A DNA stretch of 64,000 nucleotides from Haliotis cracherodii. Its lineage: Eukaryota. Where the stretch lies: assembly GCF_022045235.1 (NCBI RefSeq), contig NW_027266308.1:1364001-1428000 (forward strand), written 5' to 3'. The notes beneath the pieces are model-generated. The model made no database searches. It was given only the letters and a program-made list of their open reading frames with translations, and was not told where the DNA came from. A program made the translations under genes and the position numbers. Positions 26,553-39,800 of this stretch are shown here, one piece after another (within the stretch, counting starts at the first letter, position 1; each line of letters starts with the position of its first letter).

Positions 26553-28320
26553 GAACAGGATGACAAATCATTCAAAAACATTCGCGCGAAAGCACTATTT
26601 AAGGTTTGGTGTTCTGGACAGCACGTGGCTCACGGGCGGCATGCGGAAATGTGGGCGGCGGGGAACTCAGGCTTTTCACGTTATTGTCATGCTTGTTTGA
26701 GGGCAAGTGTCAAATCAGTTATAGGGGAATTGGTGCATGTATATAAAAAAATAGTCTGGAAGGTAATTTAAGGTACCGACGTTTACTACAATATCTGAAA
26801 AACTATCGGACCTGCTCCAGTCAAAGTTGGTATGAGATTATTAAACAGTCATACATAACTGGATATTACATTTAAAGACAATCGGTGCATGAATAAAAAA
26901 TCTGTCTATTTAGCTATCACTATATTTCATCTACAACCAGACCTGTCCCTCGCGGGTGGAACGAGCATTCATTGAAACAGCCATCTGCATAATGCTACCC
27001 CTGCGTCACTGAGCCATATGACACAGATGACCCAATCAACTCAACTCGAAAGTGTGCACGGGAATCACGCACGTTGAGACGCCCAACGCTAATTAAAACA
27101 CCGTATTCGTGCGTGCGTGATTCCCGTGCACCCTTTCGAGTTGAGTTGGTTTGTTCCACTGAGTCATACGCGCCTCAGACCAAACCCCGTGCACAACTAT
27201 TGACGCGTCTTCGGAGTTTATTCTACTTAAACCTAAATTGTCGCGGCTTTAGTTTCATTGGAATGCTACATCCCCTTAAAAATCTATTATGCGTTCAAAT
27301 AGTATATACACCTCAACTAAAAACAAACTCAAAATACTTTTTTATAGCTTTTGCAAGTTTGAATCCCGTAGTATCAGACAATTAGGTAACCGAGAACAGA
27401 AACCGGTAACAGTTGAACGTCATTAATTGTGCGCGTGCAGTTCACTCGAACACACCAGGATCATGCGAAACCGGTTTCAGTTGCATGTCATTATTTGTGC
27501 GTGTGCATTTCGTTCGACATAACCAAATGGTTTGTCAATCGGATTCAGATAGCGAGTTATTTTTGACCCAGAGTAAGTTTTCACAAAACTTTGATACACA
27601 AGATATAAATAGTGACTCTGAGAATATATTAAACAACTCTCACGCGTACGATGATGATGGCAATGTCGGTACAAGTAAATCTATGACCGAATTACCTAAT
27701 CGCCCTGATGAGGCCGTGAAGCTTTTTCTTTCTCCGGTCGGTGAAACATCCGGCCATTTCCACATAGGACTCGGCGCTTAATCTGATGATGAAATTATCC
27801 CTTGCAGTCAAGGATTTTTAATACTGTGGAGATTGCAAAGAGCTGAAACTCTCATTTTAGTGACTTGATTCCATACATGTACTACAATATTGAAAACCAA
27901 ACTTGACTTTTTTGAAAAATACACTAAAATATTGGCGTCACAGGAACTTTTGTTGTTGAGTATATATTCATGGTATACCCATGGCGCGTAGACGTTGACT
28001 TTCAGAAAGCCGCGGCATTGCGTAGTTGTTATTTCCGGCCAAACAAAAGTGGTTTTAAGAGAACCTGATAGCTAAACAATCATTGTGTGCTGTTGACATT
28101 CATGACCAACGGGTGTTAGTATTATGCTCCCAACCAAAACATGTGCGAGTTGTGAATCACGACCTTAAAGTCGTGGAGATGTCTTCATGAATATGTATTG
28201 AAACATGAATTATTTCATTTCAAAATAAATTTATTTTTATTGTAGAACAGTTACCTTTTGGTGTTTATGTGCCCACATTTTGTTTGTGATGTTTAATTTA
28301 TTCCAGCAAAATGACAGGGG

Positions 28321-28514
28321 CCTGTAAATAATCGAGACGAGACAATCCAGTGATGAACATAATGAGCATCGATCCACGCAGTTGGAATACGATTACATGC
28401 TTCAACCAAGTCAGGGAGCCTGACCACCCAATCCCGTTTTACGGCATGCATAGTCTCCTTTTACGGCAAGCATAGGTTGTTGAAGAGCTATTCTACCCAG
28501 GATCTTCACGGGTC
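28321..28514 (-). mobile_element. SINE-like family 1
   Basis: Same body as the other copies; ends ggatcttcacgggtc on +. Confidence 0.75.
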
Positions 28515-29559
28515 TCGAGTGAGTGAGTGTGTGATTTGAGTTTAACGCCGCTTTAAGTTCATCACAGCGCGTCAGCCTAATGTGGGAGGAAAACCCGAAG
28601 TGATGTACGTCTCAGACGTTTACCACTTCGGTGAAACCCCCAGTACCTGTGTGGTGCTGACAAACCTAGAAACATAATCGGGGCGAACCAGGATTGGAAC
28701 CCTCAATCATAGATAACAAATGCTTGACAAAAATCAAACCTGAAAACCTGAAATAGCCAAAGACAGACAACAGAAAATACCATTCATTGTGTAGAATAGG
28801 ACCAAGGGCAGCAGGTGGGTTGTCGACCCCAAACAGGATGTCATCATAAAACGCTACTTTCAGACATTAACTGTTATTTTAATTGTTCACAACGTCAGGT
28901 TCAAAGGCCGTTTCACACACTCAACAATACATGATTTTTTTGATTTTTTTTGTAGGATTAACAAATTCGACATTTGTTCTTGAGGGATGTTTTAGTTACA
29001 GCAGACTGCTTCCTGATGTAGCCGTCTAGCTGCTAAGCATCATTAGATAGATCGGATAGAAGGTAGATGTCTACATATTAGACAACAACAACAAAGGCTT
29101 GTTTTGAAAGCTAATTACAGAGCGTGGTATGTCCGCACTTTCACTTGGACATTTCATCAGTTCCTACTAATGTTATGCTGCTTTCTCTCTCATTTCATGA
29201 CCTGTCTCTCTTTCTTGAACTCATTTATCTTGGAAAATTGATGTATGCAACAAAATTGCAATCAATCCTTTCCCTAAACTAGTCTTTAAGTTTGTAACAG
29301 ATGGAGATTCAAGAAAATCAACCTCTGAACTTTGAGTGCAATTTTAACCAAAATAGAAATGTACATGATGTGGTTCCTAAACTTTGATAAATTTACTGAT
29401 TCAAACAACTATATAGTTTCGCCTCCAACAGGAGAAGAGGTTTGTATGCCTGGACACAACATATTACAACCAGTAAAACCCTATTGAGTATCCTGATAAC
29501 TCATGTAGCTCTGAGCAGAGCATCAACATTACAGCATGACTTAATGTGGTGTCTGGTAT

Positions 29560-29816
29560 TGTTTGTTTGTTTGTTGTTTAACGCCACACTCAGCAATATT
29601 CCAGCTATATGATGCAGTCTGTAAATAATTTAGTCTGGATCAGACAATCCAGTGATTGACATCATTAGCATCAATCCACACAATTGGGATACTATGACAT
29701 GAATCAGTGAGCGTGAACACCCAATCCCGTTAGTCGCCTCTAGCGACAAGCATATTCGGCTTTTACTGCAAGCTTGGGTTGCTGGAGACCTTTTCTAACC
29801 CGGATCTTCACGGGTC
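29560..29816 (-). mobile_element. SINE-like family 1
   Basis: Full-length copy with (tttg)n tail on +. Confidence 0.8.
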
Positions 29817-30081
29817 TGGTGTCTGGTAGTGGTGTGGTGTCTAGTAGGGGTGTGGGAACTACTAGAAGACATTATCACACGGTAATCTTAATATCTGCAT
29901 ATGAAACAATATCTAGCAGAACATCAAATACAATTTAATTGGTAAATGATCATGTCTAATGATGTTTTATCACAAATTTGAAATTTGCATTGACCAGGAT
30001 TAATTGTTATCACTGTTTGTTTACCTGAATTTCGCTGAAGGGATATGATATAAAACAATTTCAGCAGAAGACAAGCACATT

Positions 30082-30087
30082 TTTATT
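30082..30087 (-). terminator. Candidate polyadenylation signal (AATAAA) for RPAP1
   Basis: tttatt on the + strand about 650 bp downstream of the stop codon. Confidence 0.45.
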
Positions 30088-30504
30088 GCAAATGTTGTGA
30101 TTTTGTATGCTCTGGTGACGTGCTTCATTCCAATTCGCTTATAGATTGGGTATATGAATTAGCATTTGAAGGCTTGTACAGGGGGGGTCGCCTTGTAGGC
30201 AGGGTCACTTTATAGACAGGGATATTCGGTAGTCGTCATCAGTGAGTTGGAACAATGCATGGAATGTGTGGAATTCTGTTGTGCTCTTGGAACTGTCTGG
30301 CTCAGTGAATGGAAACTGTTCGTTACTTCAGCAGTGTTTCTGATCTTCACTGCAAACTTCACACACCGAAATTCTGGTACACTTCAGGTCCTCACTAATA
30401 TGCAGACACTCCCCAACATACTTCCTTCCTGCTTGCGCCTGTGCTGTCCACAACTGGTCTGATCGGGGTAGCTGGGGCAACTGTGTGTGGAACAGCCCCA
30501 ATAC

Positions 30505-30805
30505 TAGATGTCTGGCATATAACTTTCAACAACAATCTGTCTGATGGCTCCAAGTTGCGAGTGGAGTGTCACGTCACCTGTGTTGGACGTCTGACATAAA
30601 TCTGTCAACTACCGTCTGTCTGATGGCTCTAAGTTGTGAGTGGAGTGTCACTTCACCCGTGCCAGATGTCCGGCATAAATCTTTCAAGTACAGTCTGTCT
30701 GATGGCTCCAAGTTGCAAGTGTACCATCACGTCACCTGTGTTGGACATCCGGCGTGTGTCCATCTACGACATTCTGTCTGATGGTTGGAAGCTCTGTGTA
30801 GAATG
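30505..30805. repeat. 79-bp tandem repeat overlapping the RPAP1 stop codon
   Basis: tca (TGA on -) in homologous context at 30574, 30653 and 30732. Confidence 0.8.
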
Positions 30806-30866
30806 TCATGCCATACTCTTGTTCTACATCTGCCATCTTGTAGTACAGGACATGATGTTTCACTTC
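30732..30866 (-). CDS. RPAP1: RPAP1 terminal coding exon
   Basis: EVKHHVLYYK...FYTELPTIRQ...QHR*; TGA at 30732-30734. Confidence 0.88.
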   Translation of the reverse strand, partial: EVKHHVLYYKMADVEQEYGMTFYTELPTIRQNVVDGHTPDVQHR

Positions 30867-33800
30867 CTGGAATCAAACCAAAATATCAAAAACAATGCTA
30901 GGTAGAAAAGTATTGGGTACTGGGGATTCCGCTCTGCCAAGAATCCCCATAGGGAAGACAACAAGGGGTACTGCGGATTATGCGCTGGCTAGAATCCCCA
31001 CAGGGAAGACAGCATGAGGTACTGGGGATTCCGTTCTGCCAAGAATCCCCACCGGGAAGACAACAAGGGGTACTGGGGATTCCACTCTGGTTAGAATCCC
31101 CACAGGGAAGACAGCATGACATACTGGGGATTCCGTTCTGCCAAGAATCCCCATAGGGAAGACAACAAGGGGTACTGGGGATTCCACTCTGGCTAGATTC
31201 CCCACAGGGAAGACAGCATGAGGTACTGGGGATTCCGTTCTGCCAAGAATCCCCACAGGGAAGACAACAAGGGGTACTGGGGATTCCACTCTGGCTAGAA
31301 TCCCCACAGGGAAGACAGCATGAGGTACTGGGGATTCCGTTCTGCCAAGAATCCCCACAGGGAAGACAACAAGGGGTACTGGGGATTCCATTCTGCCTAG
31401 AATCCGCACAGGGGAGACAACATGGGGAACTGGGGATTCCATTCTGCCTCAGAATACTGGGCCATGGGTATTGGGGATTCTGTCCTTCACTAACATGGAA
31501 CACTGGGTGTCGATTCTTTTTCCAGTTCATTTTAAACCAAGTGTTTGGTCTTTGCATTCATTTTCACTGTTCCATTCCCACTACATAGTTTATCACACAA
31601 TCTAAACTGTTGAAAGACAATATACCACAAACTGGCAAAAAATCATATCGAGCAACAAAACATTAATTCTAACCTCCTGTTTACATGCCATTAACTGACG
31701 CCACATCTTATCCCTGGTTCCTTGATGGTGCCGATCAGCCTGGTAGTAGAGAAATCGGTTGACGTGGTGTACAGCGGTCAGGTACATGATTGGTGCCCAC
31801 ATCGGCCGTACAGTCTGTGAAATCAGACACTGGAAATACAGATGTAGCAAGGGGAGGTCACTCTCATCAGGTTCCAGGAACCTCTCAATCGGTATTACAA
31901 CCTGAAACAGTAAGAGCAGAAAATCAGAAGCCGCTAAATGAGATGAGCTCGACACGTTAAGAGTATGTTGATAATTATAACACGATTTGTTCATATTGTA
32001 AATTAAAAGAGAAAAGACGATGTGCCACACAATAAGATCCTTGTGCTGAGGTGAAAATCATATCATATCAGATCAAGATTACAACAACTCTGAACTGTTT
32101 GATAGCCATTACTAAGAAGTTGGCGGATGACAAAGTAGAAACAATTTATGGATAACAATTTCTTTATAAGGCGATGTTTCGGTATAGACCCTTATCCCAT
32201 TGTCAAACAAAACAGTCTTGCTTGACAATGGTATAAGGATCTATACCGAAACGTCACCTTTCCAGTAGTAAAGAAGTTGTCTACTTTACAACAACTCTGT
32301 CCAAAACAATACTATGTGATAACAGCTTTCCAAAGGACAAAAATCAAGGCCCAAAACATCTGTATAATTTAAGAAATGTATCAGATGTGTTTCCAGGAAG
32401 GAAAATCAGACTTTTTTGATTCCATCAATTGCATATTTGGCAACTAAGATAAGGTACCTAGATGGTCAAAAAGGCTAATTGGGATTTTTTCAGGAAACAT
32501 TTTTCTAACATGTGAACATTAGAAAGTCTCTGACAAAAACTGGCTTTCTTACGATTTATAAACCTACTGGCTGTTTGTGTAACTCGATATGTTTTTTTTG
32601 AAATTGTGGTAACACCTCGAAGGAGGGATTACAATCATTGTAAACCCTTGATAGAACACAAACTACGAACAGCCTACGAGACGCACGTGCAGATTTCGTG
32701 CCATTGCGAGACGCATATGCAGATTTCGCACCGTTGCGAAACCCATGTGATGATGTCACTGGTTTCATTGAACCAAGTTCACGACTGCAGACGATATTTC
32801 ATCTCCGATACTGGTTATACATTTGAGAGTTTTTATTACAGTTATTTAATTAAAAACGTCTATGCGATGAGTCGGTTTATAAGTTTGACAAACCATGTCT
32901 CCTCGAGATTACTAGGCCCGCTCGGGACGTTCCCGAATGTGAGGGTTTACAATCTCAAGTAATCCCTCAAAGACATAGTTTCTCCTACACATACAGATAA
33001 CATAAGAGTGAGGTGAGGTGAAATTGGGTTTAACGTCGCGTCCAAGATTATTGCACTTATATAGCGACGTGCATGCACGTGTGTGTGTGGCTGCTTGTAC
33101 TAGTCCGGACTGATGCCGATTTATAGTGCTAGCCCACTGAGATGCCATGCCGCAGTTTAACATGTATACCCCACTCAGTCACAGTATACTGACTCCGAGA
33201 TAAAATAAGCAGAAACATGGTACAAATTCATCTTGGGTCACAAACTTGCTCATCGTTAGAAAATCTCTTGTAGTTTAAAATATCTGCCATCTTCACTCAT
33301 TTAAGCCATATTTGTGTCCTTGATGTCAGAAAGTCCAAACTTGTGAATACAAAAAAGCAAAGTGGACTTATAATTATCTTACCAATAAATGATTCCCAGA
33401 ACTTAAACATTTGATTCTTACAGCAGGCTCTTATTCAACCTTGTCACAACTTCTGATAAATAGAGAATCTCACCCTCGTGTCTTTTGATAACAAATATAT
33501 CAACACGAGTGGAATTTTTTTTTTTTTTACGAGTGTTGATATATTTGATATCAAAAGACACAAGGGTGAGATTTTATTTATCATCCAACATCATTCTTCC
33601 AACTTTTTCAGTGTGTAGACAGTAATAAGTAGTGTCTAAGTGTAAAAAGTACTGCTAACAGCTTCAGTAGCATGGCCATCAGTGATGTCATTTGATTGTG
33701 ATTTCATGGTTACCAATGGTGCACAATGGTCTGCAAAGCATTGTGATGCATTTACATTGCAGCGATATCTACAATGTAGATATCACTTGAACTCAACCAA

Positions 33801-36800
33801 GCGATATCTCCTGTAGGAGCCAGATTTGGATACTAAATGGTCTTGTCATGTCTTATCTTGTTTGGTTTTTACTTGAGATGTTTAACCCGACAACAAACTC
33901 TACCTGTTTAAGTGGCACCATGAACGTCCTCAGCACCGCAGCCTTCTCCCCCCACACCAACCTCCGCATCTGAACACCGTGTCTCCTCTGTAGTGGCAGC
34001 AGGACGTAGCAGGCAAATAGCGAGTCCCCGAACGACACCGACTCATACTGCTGAAGCAGCTCACTGAATCTGCAAGATGCAACAGGCGCCAATGAAGCTC
34101 ACCATGCTAGTTTGTTTGCTTGTTGTTTTACACCCCACTCAGCAATATTCCAGCTATATGTGGCGGTCTGTAAATACCGTATTCGAAGTAATAAGCGCCC
34201 CGCTCTAATAAGCGCCCACAGGAATATTTGCTAATATATTGGCTAGTGAACAATCCCAATTAGCACCCTTTCCAATTGATCAGTGTATACAAGACTTATT
34301 TATTCGCGTATAATACACACTCGTGAGTGATATGCACCCTCAATAATGGGGAATTTCATTCTGGAAAAATATATTTGTCGTACATAAACATTTCAGGCTG
34401 CCAGCATAAACCACGAAATTTTGAGAGCGCCCTGGGCGCTTATTACGTCGAATACAGTAATTGACTCTGGACCAGACAATCCAGTGATTGACATTTGAGC
34501 ATTGATCCACGCAATTGGGATCAATGACATGCATCAACCAAGCCAGCAAGCCTGACCACCCGATCCCATTAGTTGCCTCTTACAACAAGCATAGTCGCCT
34601 TTTATGGCAAGCATGTGTTGCAGAAGAACTATTCTCCCCTGGATCTTCACAGGTCCTATGCTAGTCATCCCAGACTCACAAAATCCATTGCACCGAGCCA
34701 TACTGCCGGCGCATCTTGCTGGATATTGAAGGACAGGGTCTTGACCTAACCGGACAGATGCAGGGTTTTTACCTTGACCTACAAAACTAGGGATCCAGAG
34801 AACCCCCAGTTACTAATTTCAAGGGTCCTTTCAGAAAATATGAGGGTCCTGTAAAGTAATGAAATGATGTAGCGTACTGTACAGTAAGATTTTATAATTA
34901 CTATATTCACAGGAACTTTATATTTCTTGTCAAGAATTTGGTGCATGATGGACGTTGCTGTTTCCCTGCCTGGCGCTCGCCATTTAGGCCAATAGTGAGT
35001 GAGTTGGGTTTAACACCGCTTTTAACAGTATTCCAGTTATATGGCAGCGTGTTAGCTTAATGTGTGGGAGGAAAGCCCGAAGTGATGCAGGTCTCAGACG
35101 TTTACCACTTCGGTGAAACCCACCAGCATGGGTATGGTGCTGACAAACCTAGAAACATAATCGGGGCGAACCGGGATTCAAACCCACAATCATAGGTTTC
35201 TGGCGTGCCCAAGGGATGCAACTCTGCACAGCGAATTGCGGTGCCTTAGACGACTGGGCGACCAATGGCCCCATTTTGGCCAATAAGGGGAAAAACAAGG
35301 ATTGTGGTTGTGGCCAAGTTCAGTTATCATGGAAGTCATCCTCTGTATCCTGATGTCATCTTATTCCAAAATGAGATATTGTTGGAATATTGCTAAAAGC
35401 CACGTAAAACCATACTCACTCACTAAAAAATGTTTGTGTCCAAATTCAAATCCTGGAAATTATAATATGTAGAATCTAAAGAAATTATTAAAGCCATATT
35501 TTTAAACTTATCCAATCCCACACTACATTTCTCCTTCTTTCGATTATATGTGGGACAAAAGTTTACAGATTCTAAAAACAATTCACCCGAACACATCCCA
35601 GCATCACCATGGTCACCACCCAAACAAATGGGTCACACAGTGTAATCCCTTGCATAGCGACCTACATGATCTGATCACATGACTACCCCTGCCACATCAT
35701 TTTCATTCTCATCGCCAGCCTGTGGAGACGTGAGACATAAGGTTATAATGATAAGTCATCACCAGTCAAGTCAAACACCTGACCACCCGATCCATTAAGT
35801 CAACTTGTAAACCATGCACACTACCCTCCATCTCACAACATCAACATAAACTCAGATTATCAGCTAAACACAAAATAATTGGCAATTTTCTTTAGCACTT
35901 TTTCCACAAATCAAGTGGGGTGTTGGTGCAAGTAGCAGACAAGGGACATGATCTCTATCAGATGCTAGTCACCATGGCAACCAACATTACGTCAACTTAC
36001 AAGTCGTAGAAGGAGGAGAGACCGGGTATATTCTCGGTGAAGTCGAGGCGGTCAAGAGCTGCGGGCTTGGTGTACTCCTGCAGCAGCGCGGCCAGGTAGC
36101 TGCTTACACACCTGTCCAGGAACAAGTCATTACCTGCGGAACATGGAACACAACATCAGCCTTTACACAGGAACCACAGTAATATAGACCCGTGAAGATC
36201 TGGTAGAATCTTCAGCAACCCATGCTTGTCATAAGAGGCGACTGTGTTTTTCGGGATTGGGTGATCGGGTGGTCTCGCTTGCTTACTGATGATTATGCAT
36301 CTCAGCAATATTCCAGCTATATGACGGCGGTTTGTAAATAATCAAGTCTGTACTAGACAATCCAGTGACTGACGTCATGAGCATCAATTTATGACATTAG
36401 GATATGATGACATGCATCAACCAAGTCAGCGAGTCTGACCACTCGATCATGCTAGTTGCCTATTACGATACGCATAGTCGCTTTTTTCGGCAAGCATGGG
36501 TTGCTGAAGGCCTATTCAACCCGGAGAGTCAGCAATATTCAAGATGGGGGACACCAGGAAAGATCTTCTCACATTGTATCCATGTGGGGAATCAAACTCG
36601 GGTCCATGGGTCCAATGTTTAAACCACTAGGCCACACTAGTGCTATGTTTTCATTCATCCAATGTGCCCACTCTCCTGCAGTTTATATGATAAATTGTGT
36701 TTGTTTGTTTGTTAAGCGACACAGTCTGCACTATTCCATCTGTGTGAAATCAGTAAATAATCAAGTCAGGACCAGACAATCCAGTGACTGACATCATGAG

Positions 36801-39800
36801 CATCAATCCACAGAGATGGGATACGACAACACTCAATCATCCAAGTCACCGATCCGTTTGGTCTCCACTCTACTAGGTGAGTGAGTGAGTGAGTGAGTGA
36901 GTGATTTTAGCAATATTCCAGCAATATCACGGCGGGGCACACCAGAAATGGGCTTCACACATTGTACCTATGTCGGAAATCGAACCCAGGTCTTCGGCCT
37001 GACGAGTGAACGCTTTAACCACTAGGCTAACAGACCGCCTCTTATGACCAGGGTAGGGACCTATATCCTTACCCGTAATCCTCACAGGTTAAATAACAAG
37101 CAATTAAGAAATGAGAATAAACATTTCGAAAAACAAAAGGAAATATAATGAGGAATACGCGAGCATCATCTTACCAGCCATGAAGGCACACATGACCCTG
37201 GTGACCTTGAGGGTGGTGGAGACCACGCCCAGTATGTGGGGACGCCAACACTCCAGCACATACACCCAGTACAGCACATCAGAGGCCATGCTGACCAGGT
37301 GGGGTGGCACGCTGTCCTGAATCCACGAGCCTCTGCAATACACACGAGTTACAGTCTTACAAAGTCACGTATTTAGGGGAGATGCCAGACCAACTCTACC
37401 ATACACTAACAAACACCACCATGGTATTAAAGGTAGATCCGATGCCAACTCTACCGCTGTGGTAGTATTGACAGACATCATCCTGGTATTTAGGGGACAT
37501 ACCAGACCAGGCCTACCACTGTGGCAATACTGACAGACACCACCCTGGTATTTAGGGGACATACCAGACCAACTCTACCACTGTGCCAGTACTGACAGAC
37601 ATCATCCTGGTATTTAGGGGACATACCAGACCAACTCTACCACTGTGGCAGTACTGACAGACATCATCCTGGTATTTAGGGGACATGCCAGACCAACTCT
37701 ACCACTGTGGCCATACTGACAGACATCATCCTGGTATTTAGGGGACATACCAGACCAGCTCTACCACCGGCAGTACTGACAGACACCACCCTGGTATTTA
37801 GGGGACATACCAGACCAACTCTACCACTGTGGCAGTACTGACAGACATCATCCTGGTATTTAGGGGGACATACCAGACCAACTCTACCACTGTGGCAGTA
37901 CTGACAGACACCACCCTGGTATTTAGGGGGACATACCAGACCAACTCTACCACTGTGGCAGTACTGACAGACATCAGCCTGGTATTTAGGGGACATGCCA
38001 GACCAACTCAACCACACACTAACGAACACCACCATAGATGCGAGGCTAACTCAACTGCTGTGGTAGTACTTACGGAGTTGAAGCTTTCACATAGAGCTGG
38101 ATAAGGGGCAGGTACATCCAGTCGCGAGGCAGCACACCTCCCCCCGAGCTGCTGGTCATCAGGCGGTCCGTGTGAGCTGTGTTGTAGGCTAGGCGGTTCC
38201 TGTGTTCAGGAAAACATCGCAGTAACATTAAACAGTGTACCTACAGAACAATGTCCAATTAAAGTATGCATTTACCGAACACCTAAATCTACATGGTTTG
38301 ATCAGTGAGGTATGCGGATAGTATTTTAATCCTGGGACACCAAAAGTCTACATTGATCATCAGGGTTAGGACAAGGACCTGTTTTTTAGCCAGCAGGCGG
38401 CAGCCCATAAAAAGTGGTACAAACCAGTTCCATATTTGGTTAAAGATGCGCATGCGTAACACCCAGGAGGTTATGAATGCAAATAAACATAGAGACATGA
38501 CTACAACTCCAAATTTTGTTTTGAACAAAAAAAATTTCAAGAAACTGCTAATGTTAATTTTGTCAAGAGCAATTTTATTTCATGTAGTCCGCTATTTTTT
38601 TTCAATCGATACCGAGGACCAAAGAATGCTACGTTATGTGATGTCCAATGGCTGCATATGACCAATGGGAGGTGGTCGAGCAGCCTAGTGGTTAAAGGAT
38701 TCACTCGTCACGCCAAAACCCTGGGATCGATTCATGACATGGGTACAATGAGTGAAGCCAATTTCTGGTGTCCCCCGCTGTGATATTGTAGGAATAATGC
38801 ATAAAACCATACTCAATCATTCACTCACTCACTCACTATGACAAATGGCCACGGCCTGTCTACTTGTTTAGGTCAACCTTGACAACAAAGATTAGTTTTG
38901 AACACTGCATGTCAATTAAAAACTGATTGGAATCTTATTTTGACCATACTTTGATGCGGTGACTGCCTGCTGACTGGCAGAGAAGGCTGTGAGATAGGTG
39001 GCTCGGATGCCTGGCAATCTGGTGTACACCTCATGCAGGAGTTGTCTGCGACTGGCAGTTATCTCCCTTTGTGTTGCACTCTTCAGCTGGGACGTTTCAC
39101 CCAGCTTCATCTCTTCCAGATCCTCACAGGCCAGTCCGTCTTCCTTCCCATCTCTGAAATGTCAACAATCAGCTTCAATAATAACGCCCCAACAGAGTCA
39201 AGTGAACTTTAGCCCTAATGCTCTAACAGAGTCAACTGGACTTTAGTCATAACGCCCCAACAGAGTCAACTGGACTTTGGCCATAACGCCCCAACTGAGT
39301 CAACTGGACTTTAGTCATGACGCCCCAACAGAGTCAACTGGACTTTAGCCATAACGCCCCAACAGAGTCAACTGGACTTTAGCCATAACGCCCCAACTGA
39401 GTCAACTGGACTTTAGCCATAACGCCCCAACAGATAGCCATAACGCCCCAACAGAGTCAACTGGACTTTAGACATAACGCCCCAACTGAGTCAACCGGAC
39501 TTTAGTCATTACGCCCCAACAGAGTCAACTGGACTTTGGCCATAACGCCCCAACTGAGTCAACTGGACTTTAGTCATGACGCCCCAACAGAGTCAACTGG
39601 ACTTTAGCCATAACGCCCCAACTGAGTCAACTGGACTTTAGCCATAACGCCCCAACAGAGTCAACTGGACTTTAGCCATAACGCCCCAACTGAGTCAACT
39701 GGACTTTAGCCATAACGCCCCAACAGAGTCAACTGGACTTTAGACATAACGCCCCAACTGAGTCAACTGGACTTTGGCCATAACGCCCCAACTGAGTCAA

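Noticed and set aside
22682-26581. Three ORFs of about 1260-1300 aa on the - strand
   Set aside because: All three frames are open because the 17/18-bp repeat has no stop codons on that strand, and 17-bp units shift frame freely, so there is no sign of coding constraint.
27695-27760. ctgatgaggccg...cggtcggtgaaacatc as a hammerhead
   Set aside because: Three extra bases separate the putative stem II from GAAA and the other stems are poor; probably chance.
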